This document shows, in pieces, positions 44,428 to 54,718 of a stretch of DNA of 64,000 nucleotides (position 1 is its first letter; each line of letters opens with the position of its first letter). Source of the DNA: a virus. Taxonomy: Duplodnaviria; Caudoviricetes. A model generated the notes under the pieces. That model was not told where the DNA came from, searched no databases, and was given only the letters and a program-made list of their open reading frames with translations. Location of the stretch: the IMG/VR virus record IMGVR_UViG_3300047160_009226, positions 1 to 64,000 of that record; one strand, given 5' to 3'. The translations under genes were made by a program, and so were the position numbers.

Positions 44428-44853
44428 TCAGCCTCCGGGTCGATAAAGTCCAGAAGGCCTAGTATACTCCGCCCCCCTCCGCTCACACGTCAAATGACGA
44501 AGACGTCTGGACACCGATCGAGTGTACACCAGACGAGGATCCAACGGATTAGCAATCAGTGGTTGTTGGATCGGATCATCGTCCGGCAGGAAAAGGGTTC
44601 CGCCAGAATCCTCACTCAATGCCCTAGGGGCTTCTCTCGGCGGATACTCAGAGAATACAGGAGATATCGGAGATGACTCGATCAATTCCAGATCAACTTG
44701 CTCTCTGATTTCAGCGGAAACCTCGACTTCCCCTCCTTGCGGATCGACTACCTCATCTTCAAATACTTCGCCGATTTCATTAGAATCGTTCTCCCAATCT
44801 GCGGGAGGGTTTTCCATCTCTGGAAACTCAGGTTCAACATACTCATCTGACAT
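44428..44853 (-). CDS. Acidic hypothetical protein
   Basis: 141 aa, ATG with RBS GGAG. Confidence 0.65.
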   Translation of the reverse strand: MSDEYVEPEFPEMENPPADWENDSNEIGEVFEDEVVDPQGGEVEVSAEIREQVDLELIESSPISPVFSEYPPREAPRALSEDSGGTLFLPDDDPIQQPLIANPLDPRLVYTRSVSRRLRHLTCERRGAEYTRPSGLYRPGG

Positions 44854-44869
44854 AATTAAATCTCCATCT

Positions 44870-44912
44870 AAAAAAGATATGGGGAGTTAATGCTGTAAAA
44901 CATTAACTCCCC
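44870..44912 (-). terminator. Intrinsic terminator
   Basis: GGGGAGTTAATG-8 nt-CATTAACTCCCC followed by ATATCTTTTTT. Confidence 0.7.
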
Positions 44913-44920
44913 CACTGAGA

Positions 44921-45940
44921 TCACTTCGTCGATGCTGGCTTGGGCGTAGCACCTGGAGACAATCCAGAACCAGGCGGTGGTGATGGCGGAGCGCCACCAT
45001 CAGGCGGCTTGTGCTCCTCCTGCGTCGGAATCCATGCCCACGTCGCCACACCTCCCCCACTCATCAAAACGACCGTAACCCAAGAGCCAGGCAAACCATG
45101 CTCGGGCGGCTTGGGCACATGGTCGTCGCTGTTGTCAATCGCAGTTTGAACCCAACCCTTCGTGTACGTACCACCTACGAACACTAGACACAGGAAACCA
45201 GGACTCGCAAAGTCCGGCAGCGAAGAAGTGGTCGGTGGTGTCGGTGGTACAAGATCCGGAGGCGCTGGTTGATAGATCGGCGGAGGGTTCTCAAGGCCCG
45301 GTGGTGCTGGGTAACTAGGATAGCCGCCCGGCGGTGGATTGCCTGTAATCCAATCAGGTGGCATTGGGTGCGGTCGCGGTGGCGGAGTTCCCGGCCAGAA
45401 ACCTGGCGGAATCTGTGCCCAAGGCGGGCTGAAACCTGGATCAACAGGAAATGGCGGTGGAGTCGGATGTGGCCTTGGTGGCGGAGTTCCCGGCCAGAAA
45501 CCTGGCGGAATCTGTGCCCAAGGCGGGCTGAAACCTGGATCAACAGGGGGTGCCGGAAATCCAGGGTAACCACCCGGTGGCGGGTTAAGTCCCGGAGGCG
45601 GTGCCGGAAAACCAGGATAACCACCAGGCGGTGGGTTGAGAATCGGAGGTAGTCCCGGAGGTGCCGGAAAACCAGGATAACCACCAGGCGGTGGGTTAAG
45701 TCCCGGAGGCATTCCAGAAGGCGGAATGATCGGGCCACCACCTACAGTTGGCGGATAGCCAGGCCCTGGAGGGAATACCACTCCCGGCGGTCCCCAGATC
45801 GGAAATGCCGGATGTCCCGGTGGTCCACCAGGCGGTCCAACCGGTGGCCCAACAGGCGGGAAGATGGGACCACCACCGATCCCGGCTCCCGGCACATCAT
45901 AGAATAGTGTCTTTTTCTCCCACACGTCATAGAACGGCAT
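44921..45940 (-). CDS. Proline-rich repeat protein
   Basis: Start MPFYDVW after AGGAG; NPPPGGYP repeats and a duplicated VDPGFSPPWAQIPPGFWPGTPPPRPHP. Confidence 0.8.
   Translation of the reverse strand: MPFYDVWEKKTLFYDVPGAGIGGGPIFPPVGPPVGPPGGPPGHPAFPIWGPPGVVFPPGPGYPPTVGGGPIIPPSGMPPGLNPPPGGYPGFPAPPGLPPILNPPPGGYPGFPAPPPGLNPPPGGYPGFPAPPVDPGFSPPWAQIPPGFWPGTPPPRPHPTPPPFPVDPGFSPPWAQIPPGFWPGTPPPRPHPMPPDWITGNPPPGGYPSYPAPPGLENPPPIYQPAPPDLVPPTPPTTSSLPDFASPGFLCLVFVGGTYTKGWVQTAIDNSDDHVPKPPEHGLPGSWVTVVLMSGGGVATWAWIPTQEEHKPPDGGAPPSPPPGSGLSPGATPKPASTK
45378..45697. repeat. In-frame duplications: 71 bp (45378-45448/45477-45547) and 37 bp (45601-45637/45661-45697)
   Basis: Identical copies read directly; offsets of 99 and 60 nt keep the frame. 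Confidence 0.85.
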
Positions 45941-45987
45941 TATGAGTCTCCTTCTGAAAGATCCGAGTGCGAAACTTGCACCCACAC

Positions 45988-46380
45988 TCACATAGCCGGT
46001 TGAACTGGTGCCCCCGGTGGTGCCGCCGGTGGTAATCCTGGTGCCCCGCCTGCAGCTCCTTCCGCCTCTCCTCCCGGCAACCCTCCTTCAGCCGGTACAA
46101 CCCCTGTCATTTGACCGGAAGGATGAATCAAATCGCCAGCCAGATTTTGTAATGTGACTTGCAAGTTCAGACCAGTCGTCGGATTCATGGCAGTAATCTT
46201 AATCGATCCGTCTTGATTGATCTCAGTACTTAAATTTGGAGGATAAATATCATACTCTTTCGTCAAGGAATTACGGATCATCTCAGATACTTGTCCAAGA
46301 TCAGGCGGCTGATCATCACCTGTTGTCTCAGCCGCCCATCGTGGAAGCTTCACACGCGTGAATTGCTCAGTAAACTGCAT
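45988..46380 (-). CDS. Hypothetical protein with Gly/Pro-rich tail
   Basis: 130 aa. Confidence 0.7.
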   Translation of the reverse strand: MQFTEQFTRVKLPRWAAETTGDDQPPDLGQVSEMIRNSLTKEYDIYPPNLSTEINQDGSIKITAMNPTTGLNLQVTLQNLAGDLIHPSGQMTGVVPAEGGLPGGEAEGAAGGAPGLPPAAPPGAPVQPAM

Positions 46381-46392
46381 GCCGACCTCGAA

Positions 46393-47448
46393 TCACAGGA
46401 ACAGACTACGAGGCCCATGCTCTATTGAGTGGTTGATGCCTACGATCTGGGTGCCACCAACCGTAGTCCGTATATCCCTCGTGATTGCGAGAGTCTGCGC
46501 CGGAACCGTCTGCCAGGTCCGATTTGCTCCCTGTCGAGTCGATGCAACCTGAAGTCCGTAATTCGTCATGTGTCCGATTCCCTGACCCAGCGTGATGTCA
46601 AACTGATACCTCTTAAGCTTGTCCGCATCCTCATCGAGGACCGCACCAGCACTCAGACGACCACCAGTCAGTGCTACTGGCCCAAAGGCTGCTGCAGCCC
46701 CTGCTCCAGTAGATGCTCCGTTGTTGGTTGCACTTACAAACTTACTTCCCTTGAGCAAGTTCAACACTTGAGTGGCTGTCGTCGCAACCACACCAGCCGT
46801 ACTGGCGTTGAGCGAAACATACACCAGATACGGAACGTCCACACCTCCCTTGAAATGAGTCAAAGGAAGCGGCGACAATGGAGTCGCAATCGTCGAATCC
46901 GAAACCCAGGCTGTCACCCACTTGCTGATCCCTGGGTTTGCCACAAGGGCTGCAACCAACTGAGCCGCTGTCGTCGTAACCGTAGGAGTCGTATTTTGCC
47001 CAGTACCAGTCGTGGCCAATGTCACCACAATCTGTCCCGGCGGAATCGCCTTGATCACCAATGGCGTTGTCACACCACTCTTGGGATAAGGACTTGGAAG
47101 ATTCACCGTCAGTGATAACTGATTCCCACGGGCACCAGGGAACGTTGCCGCCAACTGATAACCCTGATTCGGAGTAAGCATGAGTATTGCTGGGGTTCCA
47201 TTCTCAAAGATAGCCAGTGGAGCGTTCGGTCCTAGTATCCCAAGCTGAAACGCAATCGCCCCAACCTTTGGACGAATCCACTTGGACTGAATGACCAGAC
47301 CATTGTTATTAGCTATTACTCCTACTGTCACCATATCCGGCGACGATACGTATCCACGCGTCCCCGGATGCTGATTCCTGTAGAGGTGATCCGTGGCAAC
47401 CTCAAAGGAAGCAATGGGATCTGAATCGGTTGCTGGCATGCCGAACAT
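46393..47448 (-). CDS. Putative virion structural protein with tail-sheath-like accessory domains
   Basis: FPGARGNQL, IVVTLAT...TTAAQLVAAL...FKGG and a second copy YVSL...TTATQVL...LTGG. Confidence 0.55.
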   Translation of the reverse strand: MFGMPATDSDPIASFEVATDHLYRNQHPGTRGYVSSPDMVTVGVIANNNGLVIQSKWIRPKVGAIAFQLGILGPNAPLAIFENGTPAILMLTPNQGYQLAATFPGARGNQLSLTVNLPSPYPKSGVTTPLVIKAIPPGQIVVTLATTGTGQNTTPTVTTTAAQLVAALVANPGISKWVTAWVSDSTIATPLSPLPLTHFKGGVDVPYLVYVSLNASTAGVVATTATQVLNLLKGSKFVSATNNGASTGAGAAAAFGPVALTGGRLSAGAVLDEDADKLKRYQFDITLGQGIGHMTNYGLQVASTRQGANRTWQTVPAQTLAITRDIRTTVGGTQIVGINHSIEHGPRSLFL

Positions 47449-47474
47449 AGGTTTTATCTCCTTGTGGTATTTGT

Positions 47475-48167
47475 CTATTCCTTGCTCTGAATCAAACCAT
47501 TTTTCCTAAGCTTATCAAGAACCAACTCTCGAAGCCATTTCTGACGCTCTTCTGTAGGCATCTGATCATCAGGAATGTCTTCAGAGCAAGCAAAATCTCC
47601 CTGAACATGTTTTTCTGCTTCTTTACGCATGAACCAGACTTCATTCTTCTTCGGTAAAACAGGGAACCAAACTCGTAAACGATCAACAGTAACTTTAGTA
47701 TGATACCCTTTCCCTGCTTTATAAACACCTTTAGGTAATTGATTAGACCCATACTTTCTTTTATTCATTCTATTTTGAGAAACAGTAGCATCTCTCAGAT
47801 TTTCTTTTCTGTTATCTCGTGTATCATGGTTCTTGTGATCTCCTTCACCATTCCAATGCCCATACCCATGCCCACCACCATAAGAGAGACCTAATATTTC
47901 CCTCGACATATAAACAGTAATCCATTCTCCATTTATCTTCTCACATCTAATAGCACAATAAGATCCAGAGCTATGACCATCACTTCTCAACCAACGAAAC
48001 TCTTCTCCATTTGTATCATGGTTAAGTTCCTGAAAGTCATCCTCATCTACCAAGACATTTCCACAAATGCCCCACTTTCTTGTATGTGGCCATCGATTAG
48101 ATCCACTAATTTTACGCCATAACTGAATCGTACAATATCCACGTAAAACTAACAATGAGTCATGCAT
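47475..48167 (-). mobile_element. Free-standing HNH homing endonuclease
   Basis: LVDEDDF...W; GDHKNHDTRDNRKENLRDATVSQNRMN; AP2-like tail KGVYK. Confidence 0.85.
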
Positions 48168-48275
48168 AATTTATCTTCTACCTATAATAATTGCCTCAAA
48201 AATTCAACAACTCCTAATCCCAAAAACCATTCTTTCAAGCCATTGGATCTTGTGGCGATGAAGGCATTCCGAACA

Positions 48276-48845
48276 TCAGATTTCTCCTTGTGTTGTATCC
48301 TCAGAAGGAGCCTCACTCGCTGGAGACTCCAAATCTAGCTCAGGTAATCCAATTTCAATGGGAAAAACTTGAGCCGGAACTCTACTAAGTAAATTCATCA
48401 AATCTGAAATAGCCAACTCATAAGTTTTTTTGTCGATCTTCTCCGCAGAGATATTAGCAGGAGATAAACGCTGTTCAGAAATCTGTCGAAAGAAACTAAG
48501 AACTTGCATCCGATCTGTATGTGCAAACGTTCTAACCATTTGAGGTAATAGAGACTTGATATGCTCTCCAAGAAACACCCTCATCGGCTCTTGACAGACA
48601 AACGCCACCTGTGCTGCATGCCCTTTACACAAGAACTCATGAATTTTAACGGCTAATTCTTTAGCTTCTGGAATAAACTTTCTAACTTCGTCTTTCATTT
48701 CCTGAGGAAGGTTAAACTTAGGCTTATTACTCTCTGGAACTGTCCTCACATTGTCCATTTGCTGAATACGCTCGGCTCCGCCAGGAATAACTATCCTCCG
48801 ATCATTGCTCATCGACCATGTCCTCAAATTCTTGAAATTGCTCAT
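48276..48845 (-). CDS. Hypothetical protein
   Basis: 189 aa. Confidence 0.7.
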   Translation of the reverse strand: MSNFKNLRTWSMSNDRRIVIPGGAERIQQMDNVRTVPESNKPKFNLPQEMKDEVRKFIPEAKELAVKIHEFLCKGHAAQVAFVCQEPMRVFLGEHIKSLLPQMVRTFAHTDRMQVLSFFRQISEQRLSPANISAEKIDKKTYELAISDLMNLLSRVPAQVFPIEIGLPELDLESPASEAPSEDTTQGEI

Positions 48846-49485
48846 TTAAAGAAAGACTCTGTCCATCGTCTGCTGTTCTGGCAATATAAGAGTAATTAGC
48901 ATTTCTCTTAAAAACATCATCGTGAGATACAATCAATATTGAAAACCCTAATCCGCCTTTCTCTACAGGATCACAAATCCGACGAACAAGGGCTGCCGCT
49001 CGTTCTTTGTACTTGTCACTTACCTGAATCAACGGCTCGTCCAGTATGATCACTCGTGCCAGATCCGGCTGTCTGATAATCGAAAGGACTCTTAGGAGTA
49101 TACCGATAAGTGATGCCGGTCCACCTCCAAATGCCTTCATCGGATCGCCCTTGACACCACGTTTGTGATCGTGCAAGAGCGGTTTAATTGCTGGTTTGCC
49201 ATGAGAAACGTAATGATCTACTTCCAAAGACAATTCTTCATCAATAAAAGTATCTCTCAGTCCTAAGGATACAATTTTCTCTGTGATCTCTTCGCTTTCT
49301 ACACTTAACTTCTCTGCCATCATCCTGAGAACATTCTGAACATTCTGACGATCTTCCATGTCCTGCCGGGCTTCCTGAAGTTGCTGAAAAGTCTTCTCCT
49401 TAAGTTTCTTGGTGACACTCAATCGCATGTTAAACTGTTTTACATTTTCACGAAGAGCTAAACTTTCTGACATTGAAAACTCCAC
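48802..49485 (-). CDS. sbcC: SbcC/Rad50 C-terminal half
   Basis: Short coiled coil, signature-like FGGG, Walker B ILDEP, H-loop IVSHD; no Walker A. Confidence 0.85.
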   Translation of the reverse strand: MEFSMSESLALRENVKQFNMRLSVTKKLKEKTFQQLQEARQDMEDRQNVQNVLRMMAEKLSVESEEITEKIVSLGLRDTFIDEELSLEVDHYVSHGKPAIKPLLHDHKRGVKGDPMKAFGGGPASLIGILLRVLSIIRQPDLARVIILDEPLIQVSDKYKERAAALVRRICDPVEKGGLGFSILIVSHDDVFKRNANYSYIARTADDGQSLSLNEQFQEFEDMVDEQ

Positions 49486-49489
49486 CTAC

Positions 49490-50023
49490 TTAAGACTTGA
49501 TCCAACAGCCTAAACCGTTGTACTCAAAGATCTCACTCTTGTCGCCTTCGAGTTCGTGGAAAAACCTACCGACCTCTGAAAAAGATATCGTATCGTGAAA
49601 AATAACCCGTCCACCAGAACGAACAATATGATTCCAAGCCGCAAAATCCGCAGCGACTGCTTCATACGTATGAATGGCATCAATGTGCAAAAGATCTACT
49701 GGCTCACAAAATGATTTCCCGACTTCTGCTACCTGGCCTTTAATTATTTTCACATTTGGAAACAAATGGACATGCTGATTAACCCAGGCTTCTGAATCAC
49801 TGTGCAGCATGAAGTTATCAACCCCAATCACTTCAGCATCTGGATAGTGCATTGCAAAGTGAAATGTCGAAAATCCATAATCAACTCCAAGATCAACAAT
49901 TCTCTTCACCTGGCCAATATTTCCAATGAGATCACGATACCTAGACTCTAAGCCAACCCACACACTTGGTTTGTCAAAGACCTGCTGTAACATGGTAAGT
50001 ACCGATAATCTTTCACACACCAA
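49490..50023 (-). CDS. Class I SAM-dependent methyltransferase (Methyltransf_24-like)
   Basis: IVDLGVDYGFST, LLHIDAIHTYEAV..D, GGRVIFHD. Confidence 0.88.
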   Translation of the reverse strand: MVCERLSVLTMLQQVFDKPSVWVGLESRYRDLIGNIGQVKRIVDLGVDYGFSTFHFAMHYPDAEVIGVDNFMLHSDSEAWVNQHVHLFPNVKIIKGQVAEVGKSFCEPVDLLHIDAIHTYEAVAADFAAWNHIVRSGGRVIFHDTISFSEVGRFFHELEGDKSEIFEYNGLGCWIKS

Positions 50024-50038
50024 CTATCATTTTATGTA

Positions 50039-50644
50039 TCATTCGATATTAAATGCCTGAATCTTAGGATTCCTACCTATCCAGAATTCTGCTCCATGTC
50101 GCCCCCACCAGTAACCAACTCGTAAAGTCATAGGGGATGGTAACGTCCGAAGATAACTAGAATTCGCCCACCAAAAATTGCCTGAGTAATGTGGATTATT
50201 CGCCGATGGTCCATTGAGTCTCCATCGAGTTCCACATGTGTCATAGGTCTTAAGTGCATCTAAACATTTCTCATATTGATCAAAAACAACCGACTCCATT
50301 TCCATACGCCACTTGATATTCTCATCGCTGGGAGCAGAGACACCTTTTGTGTGGGCATACCAACAAGCAGCATCTTCGGATTGAATTTCCTCATACAACC
50401 ACTGAAGCGTCGGAAATTCAAACTCCTCCAGCGGACCTAACTGACGAACAAAAGCATTCTTCCCCAGTAAATCAACAAGAACAGAGATATCTTCGTTAGG
50501 ATCACCGACAACACCAACCAGAAGCCTTGATATTCTGGCGAACAATCCCGATTCATTAAGTCTTCGACACTGCTCTTGCACAAGCCCCTGCCAACCAAAA
50601 AATGTTGCCACATGATAAGCGCCGATGATCTTTCGCACACCCAC
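50039..50644 (-). CDS. Putative glycosyltransferase-like protein (HTKG / HYSGNFWW family)
   Basis: EFPTL, YAHTKG, HYSGNFWWA, R..AEFWI motifs; sits among other sugar-modifying genes. Confidence 0.6.
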   Translation of the reverse strand: MGVRKIIGAYHVATFFGWQGLVQEQCRRLNESGLFARISRLLVGVVGDPNEDISVLVDLLGKNAFVRQLGPLEEFEFPTLQWLYEEIQSEDAACWYAHTKGVSAPSDENIKWRMEMESVVFDQYEKCLDALKTYDTCGTRWRLNGPSANNPHYSGNFWWANSSYLRTLPSPMTLRVGYWWGRHGAEFWIGRNPKIQAFNIE

Positions 50645-50707
50645 CGAGCCTTATAATCGGAGATAAAATCACTTCCAACCACTATACCTCCCATACTGAT
50701 TCTTACG

Positions 50708-51946
50708 CTAAGGCTTGCTTAGCTGAACCTTCTTTTCTGGCTTCTTGGCCCCTGCCTTCTTCGGTTCCTTTGGTTCATCATCATTCTCTAGATCCATCAC
50801 AGACAAAGTAACTGGAACTAATACACAACGATATGTATCGTCGTCTGTAGCTCTTTCATCTTCGATAAGAAATCTTGGCGGAACGGCTGATTCATAAAAT
50901 CTACCCTCCAAAATATCCCCTCCCATCTGGCCCAAACTGATCTCAAAAATCCGACAGTTCACTACGAATTGTATATCTTGATCTCCATCTGTTTCACGAA
51001 TAATGGGAAATCCTTCCTGTGATTTCTTCGAATCTGTAGTAAGAGTAGTGATGTAAATGAAAGAGTCTTCTTTTGATCCTGTAATCCGAACCAGTATTCT
51101 GTCAGCTTCTGCTGGTAAGAGAGTGTTCATAGTAGAGACCCCTTTCAGCAAGGTCTTCCCGTCAAACTTGATTACCGTTGGCTCTTGACTTCCAAGCTTG
51201 ACTTCACTTGGAAATATAGCGGTTTCCCCCAACACGGTAAACTTACTTCCTGATGTTGGACACTGAAAAGTATAATTCCTTCCAGAGATAGTGGTGTTTA
51301 CATCTTCTTGAAGAGCACTTAAAAAAGATATCACAGAGTTCAATGGCTTCTGCTTGAAATTCACGTGCACTGGAGGACACGGCATCCCTTCCACTCGAAT
51401 CAAATGACGTTGAGCCCCCGTAGCCAACAACCCATCTTTCAACCATGTAGCTACAGTATTTGATGATGTTGCACTAGCAGAATTAATAAATGGTTCGGCG
51501 AATTTAAAATTCTTGACAAGAGTTGCTGCACTAACCGAAAACGTCTCATACAATTGACCTCCAGCGGGAGTTTTAGGATACGGAATTGGATCCTCTTCAG
51601 GGATTCTCCATATCGTAACTCCACGAGTCAACGTAATTTGACCGTCTTCCTTAGTGATCTCGAAAGCAAGCCCATCATCCATCTTTGATAGAAAGTCATT
51701 GAGTTTAGATGAAGGAAGTACGATATCGTATACATCCTCAAACGGTTCCTCTGTCGGAATTATCCACGTCAACCAAGAAGATCCGTCTGTCGCATAAAGT
51801 GCCAACCCAGAACTTGGATCTGCCACCAGTCGATAATGATTCAGCCAAGGATATCTCTTGTTGGAGCCACCTCCAGAAATGTCTCTGACCTGATTTGCAA
51901 CTTTTGCCGCGAGCTTCAACTCAGCAGGGCGAACCTTGATCGACAT
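50708..51946 (-). CDS. dnaN: DNA polymerase III beta-like sliding clamp
   Basis: About 390-aa three-domain spacing; LALYATDG motif; same block as dnaX. Confidence 0.7.
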   Translation of the reverse strand: MSIKVRPAELKLAAKVANQVRDISGGGSNKRYPWLNHYRLVADPSSGLALYATDGSSWLTWIIPTEEPFEDVYDIVLPSSKLNDFLSKMDDGLAFEITKEDGQITLTRGVTIWRIPEEDPIPYPKTPAGGQLYETFSVSAATLVKNFKFAEPFINSASATSSNTVATWLKDGLLATGAQRHLIRVEGMPCPPVHVNFKQKPLNSVISFLSALQEDVNTTISGRNYTFQCPTSGSKFTVLGETAIFPSEVKLGSQEPTVIKFDGKTLLKGVSTMNTLLPAEADRILVRITGSKEDSFIYITTLTTDSKKSQEGFPIIRETDGDQDIQFVVNCRIFEISLGQMGGDILEGRFYESAVPPRFLIEDERATDDDTYRCVLVPVTLSVMDLENDDEPKEPKKAGAKKPEKKVQLSKP

Positions 51947-51983
51947 AAATCATCCTCTCTTCAGGTACAGAATTGTTACTCGT

Positions 51984-52676
51984 TCACGTCCAGTTCTTGC
52001 CCTTGCTCTGAAAGAAACCAGTGTGAGCATAATCTTTATGTTGCCCATCAACATAAGAGTGTCCAGGCAATTGAACAGCGATATTAGGCCACAATGCATA
52101 GCACCTGTGAGATTTTTGTAGTTGATATCCCATCATAACATCCATAGGATTAGTAACTTTAAGATTCAGCATTGCAAGCATCATTTTAGTTCTTAGTCCA
52201 ACGCAGTGCGTCATAAATGATGTGTTACATCTTAATACATTGGGAGCCAATTCTTCAGTTATAGCCCAATAATGATTTGCTCCATAATAAAGGCAATCCC
52301 ACGAAGGTAATCTTCGTAGTTGCTCGGTAGCTAGTTTCAAAATTTCATCGAAATTTGGAATAAATTCACAGTCATCTTCTAGTAACAAGAAGCTCTTCAC
52401 CTTGTCATGGATAGCTTGCTGTAATACAGATCTAATCGCTATCGTTATAGCATAACTCCCTAGACCCGCTCTCCAATTTCTAGGGAGATCACTCTCTCGA
52501 AGAATTTGCTTATACCGCTCCTTGGGAAATAATTCGCCTTTGCCATTTAGCCAAAAATGTATCCTGTCCTCTCTCACTCCATGAGCCATCAACATCTTCT
52601 TGATTCGAGGAGCGTGTTCCTCATATCGATGGTCTACGCTCACGCAAGCAACTCTATCGTAATCGCATAAGTACAT
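51984..52676 (-). CDS. Glycosyltransferase, GT25-like
   Basis: VSVDHR, LLLEDDCEF, WDCLYYG, PMDV, PNIAVQ. Confidence 0.82.
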   Translation of the reverse strand: MYLCDYDRVACVSVDHRYEEHAPRIKKMLMAHGVREDRIHFWLNGKGELFPKERYKQILRESDLPRNWRAGLGSYAITIAIRSVLQQAIHDKVKSFLLLEDDCEFIPNFDEILKLATEQLRRLPSWDCLYYGANHYWAITEELAPNVLRCNTSFMTHCVGLRTKMMLAMLNLKVTNPMDVMMGYQLQKSHRCYALWPNIAVQLPGHSYVDGQHKDYAHTGFFQSKGKNWT

Positions 52677-52677
52677 T

Positions 52678-52995
52678 CTACCTCTTCTGATCCAAAGCTA
52701 ACAGCGACTGTTCCGCTGCATCAAGTTGAGTCTTCAACTGTGTTAATGAGGTCTCGTACTCGACTGTACGCTTCTTAACCTCTTCAGATGATTTGACCAA
52801 GTCGGCCTGAATCGTTTGAGGAGAAGTCCCCAACGTCTTCATCTCTCCCACGATTCGAGTCAAATCTCGTTGTGCAGCCGCATGACGTTCACCCATAGCT
52901 GCTTGACGACGAATCAGATCTTCGCGAATTGCGTCCAATTCACGTAATCGTGCCAAAAACTTCTCTGCCTCAGACCCATTCGTACCGTCTGACAT
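52678..52995 (-). CDS. Coiled-coil protein, possible third piece of SbcC
   Basis: 105 aa, almost entirely heptad pattern; lies between the SbcC halves near sbcD. Confidence 0.7.
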   Translation of the reverse strand: MSDGTNGSEAEKFLARLRELDAIREDLIRRQAAMGERHAAAQRDLTRIVGEMKTLGTSPQTIQADLVKSSEEVKKRTVEYETSLTQLKTQLDAAEQSLLALDQKR

Positions 52996-53002
52996 TTTCC
53001 CC

Positions 53003-53380
53003 TCACTTGTGCTCTAAACTTGGTAAATGAGAACATAAAGAAGATGTTATTCCTTGAGAGAAACATCTCTTCTTCCACTCCTCATATTCGCTGATAATGG
53101 CCTCCAGGATTCTCATGAGTACCAATCTCTGGTCAAATGAAAACGTCTCTTCTTTACTTACTAGCTCCCCCGCCCTTTGAATCGCGGATTCCCCAATTCC
53201 ACCCATGATCTGCTTAGCTAGATCCATCACAGCCGGACAATTGATCTCTGTGTTCATAGGCATATCCGGATAACGTAATGCTGTTCGAATCTTTTTCTCC
53301 AAAACGTCCCACCGAAGTTGCTCCCAGAATTGATCGAAAAATTCCATTTTATGAACTTTTTCTGGAACGGAACTATTCAT
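53003..53380 (-). CDS. Hypothetical protein
   Basis: 125 aa. Confidence 0.65.
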   Translation of the reverse strand: MNSSVPEKVHKMEFFDQFWEQLRWDVLEKKIRTALRYPDMPMNTEINCPAVMDLAKQIMGGIGESAIQRAGELVSKEETFSFDQRLVLMRILEAIISEYEEWKKRCFSQGITSSLCSHLPSLEHK

Positions 53381-54417
53381 AAATCTCCCCCTTCCGCTTG
53401 GAGCAAATATTCTTTCGTCAGACTTGCTACTCGTGAAGAAACAGATCCACTGGTCTCGATAAAATTGAGTAAAACATCAATGGTTGTTCCCTTTGTCTGT
53501 AATCTGCGACACTCTTCTATAAACATGTGCTCAACTTCTTGTCGTTTCTTTTCTTTTTTTTGGTTATCGAAATTAAATACATATTCAGGTGCGTCATGAG
53601 CAATAGTAATCAATTCAATCTCATGATGCCCATTCGATTCGAAATTAATACTGACCATCTTCGGTTCACGACCAATATCCTTCTCGGCAATAGTACCACG
53701 AAGCAAAGCCCCTGGTTCTATAATATACTTGAAACTACCGTCATCATCTTCAAGAACTTGAACCCCTTTAAGAGAGTGATCATGACCAGCCAATACCACA
53801 TCAATTCCAGTATCGATAATTTCATCGTACGAAGTAATTGGCTCTCCAAATTGATAACCACAATAAGGTCCGAAAAAACCATGACAAAGCGCTAAAGCAA
53901 AAACAGGAACTCCATACTCCTTAGATATATCCGTCTTCCATTCAATCAGTGTTTCTTCATCCCGGAGGCTTTCCAACCAAGCTGCGGGGCCATCAGCGTG
54001 AAATTCTTTACCTGTAATTAAAATAACAGGATCTAATCCGATCAGTGCATAATTCGGCCACATGACCGATGTGATCAATCCAGCTTTTTCCAGACATCCA
54101 TAAGGATGGCTTCTGAGTGAATCTACCTTATGGCCAAACAAATCGTGGTTTCCAGGGATGGTAAACCACGGAGCCGGTGCCTTACGGAACTTCTCCATGA
54201 GCCATTGATCAACCATGCGATCAATAAGCTGTCCTTTAGGCTGATTAAAGAGATCTCCCCCGTGCACAAGTGCTCGGGCTTGAATTTCTTTTGAAATCCG
54301 AAAGAACTCGTCGAGTTTTTTGGATTGAGTAGCGATCCAATCCTCATCCGTTCGGGATGCTGGTCTCCGATTCGACCAGTGAGAATCAACTATTCCTGTA
54401 ATAGGCGTGTTTCCCAT
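53377..54417 (-). CDS. sbcD: SbcD/Mre11-like metallophosphoesterase nuclease
   Basis: DSH, GGDLF, GNHD, CHG, GHDH and PG motifs. Confidence 0.9.
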   Translation of the reverse strand: MGNTPITGIVDSHWSNRRPASRTDEDWIATQSKKLDEFFRISKEIQARALVHGGDLFNQPKGQLIDRMVDQWLMEKFRKAPAPWFTIPGNHDLFGHKVDSLRSHPYGCLEKAGLITSVMWPNYALIGLDPVILITGKEFHADGPAAWLESLRDEETLIEWKTDISKEYGVPVFALALCHGFFGPYCGYQFGEPITSYDEIIDTGIDVVLAGHDHSLKGVQVLEDDDGSFKYIIEPGALLRGTIAEKDIGREPKMVSINFESNGHHEIELITIAHDAPEYVFNFDNQKKEKKRQEVEHMFIEECRRLQTKGTTIDVLLNFIETSGSVSSRVASLTKEYLLQAEGGDL

Positions 54418-54423
54418 AATCTT

Positions 54424-54690
54424 CTATAATCCACTCTCAAAAGACTTCGATGCTAATTCCCAAAGAAATTCTTCTGAAGCAGATCCGGCTCCAATGTGAG
54501 GACTCCCTTCACTGCCATCTTTAGATTGACTAATTGCATATTTCTCGATTTTATCAAGAGCATTCGCGAGTTCTTCCCACCTTGCTGCTCTCCTTCTGAG
54601 GCGATTAGCACGATCACGCATCGCAGTTATCGCGCTTATTCTCCGCACCTTGCTAGAAGCTTCCTGACTTTTATTTGAAGGATTCATCAC
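54424..54690 (-). CDS. Hypothetical protein
   Basis: 88 aa. Confidence 0.6.
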   Translation of the reverse strand: MMNPSNKSQEASSKVRRISAITAMRDRANRLRRRAARWEELANALDKIEKYAISQSKDGSEGSPHIGAGSASEEFLWELASKSFESGL

Positions 54691-54718
54691 CCCTCATCCT
54701 TTCTTATATCTTTGTCCT

